Shown piece after piece: positions 19,673 through 19,748 of a stretch of 19,748 nt of DNA. Made by a program: the position numbers and the translations under genes. The notes under the pieces were generated by a model. That model was not told the DNA's origin. It did no database searches and saw only the letters and a program-made list of their open reading frames with translations. This DNA is from Octopus sinensis (taxonomy: Eukaryota), in the NCBI RefSeq assembly GCF_006345805.1, contig NW_021824185.1, positions 1 to 19,748 of the forward strand, given 5' to 3'. How positions within the stretch are numbered: position 1 is the first letter of the stretch; every line of letters begins with the position of its first letter.

Positions 19673-19748
19673 AAGCGAGAGCTTTAGATATATGCATATA
19701 CATCATGCATACACACAAACATGCATATATATGTGCGTGTGTACATAC

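Overview
AT-rich, repeat-dominated eukaryotic non-coding window. The SINE families and dense (TA)n/(TATC)n/(CA)n/(GA)n microsatellites look like those of octopod (Octopus-like) genomes; that assignment is inference from recalled repeat families. No host protein-coding exon is supported, and nearly all ORFs in the supplied track are microsatellite or SINE translations. Recognisable mobile DNA: several tRNA-derived SINE families (one as a 184-bp tandem array), a 5'-truncated CR1/L2-group LINE RT remnant, an APE-endonuclease LINE remnant, a Tigger/pogo 3' remnant with one TIR, and Penelope-like fragments. The most striking signal is a set of hammerhead ribozyme (HHR) motifs. (i) A complete type I HHR with extended stem I at 7577-7660 lies within a ~340-bp directly repeated, retrozyme-like unit. 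(ii) Two sequence-unrelated long palindromes (2059-2434 and 19052-19519) carry an outward-facing HHR with palindromic stem III in each arm, plus a one-sided tail, and each is embedded in a microsatellite. (iii) Two further variant or decayed HHR motifs lie at 9411-9448 and 16894-16920. All RNA folds were derived by hand, and ribozyme activity is untested.
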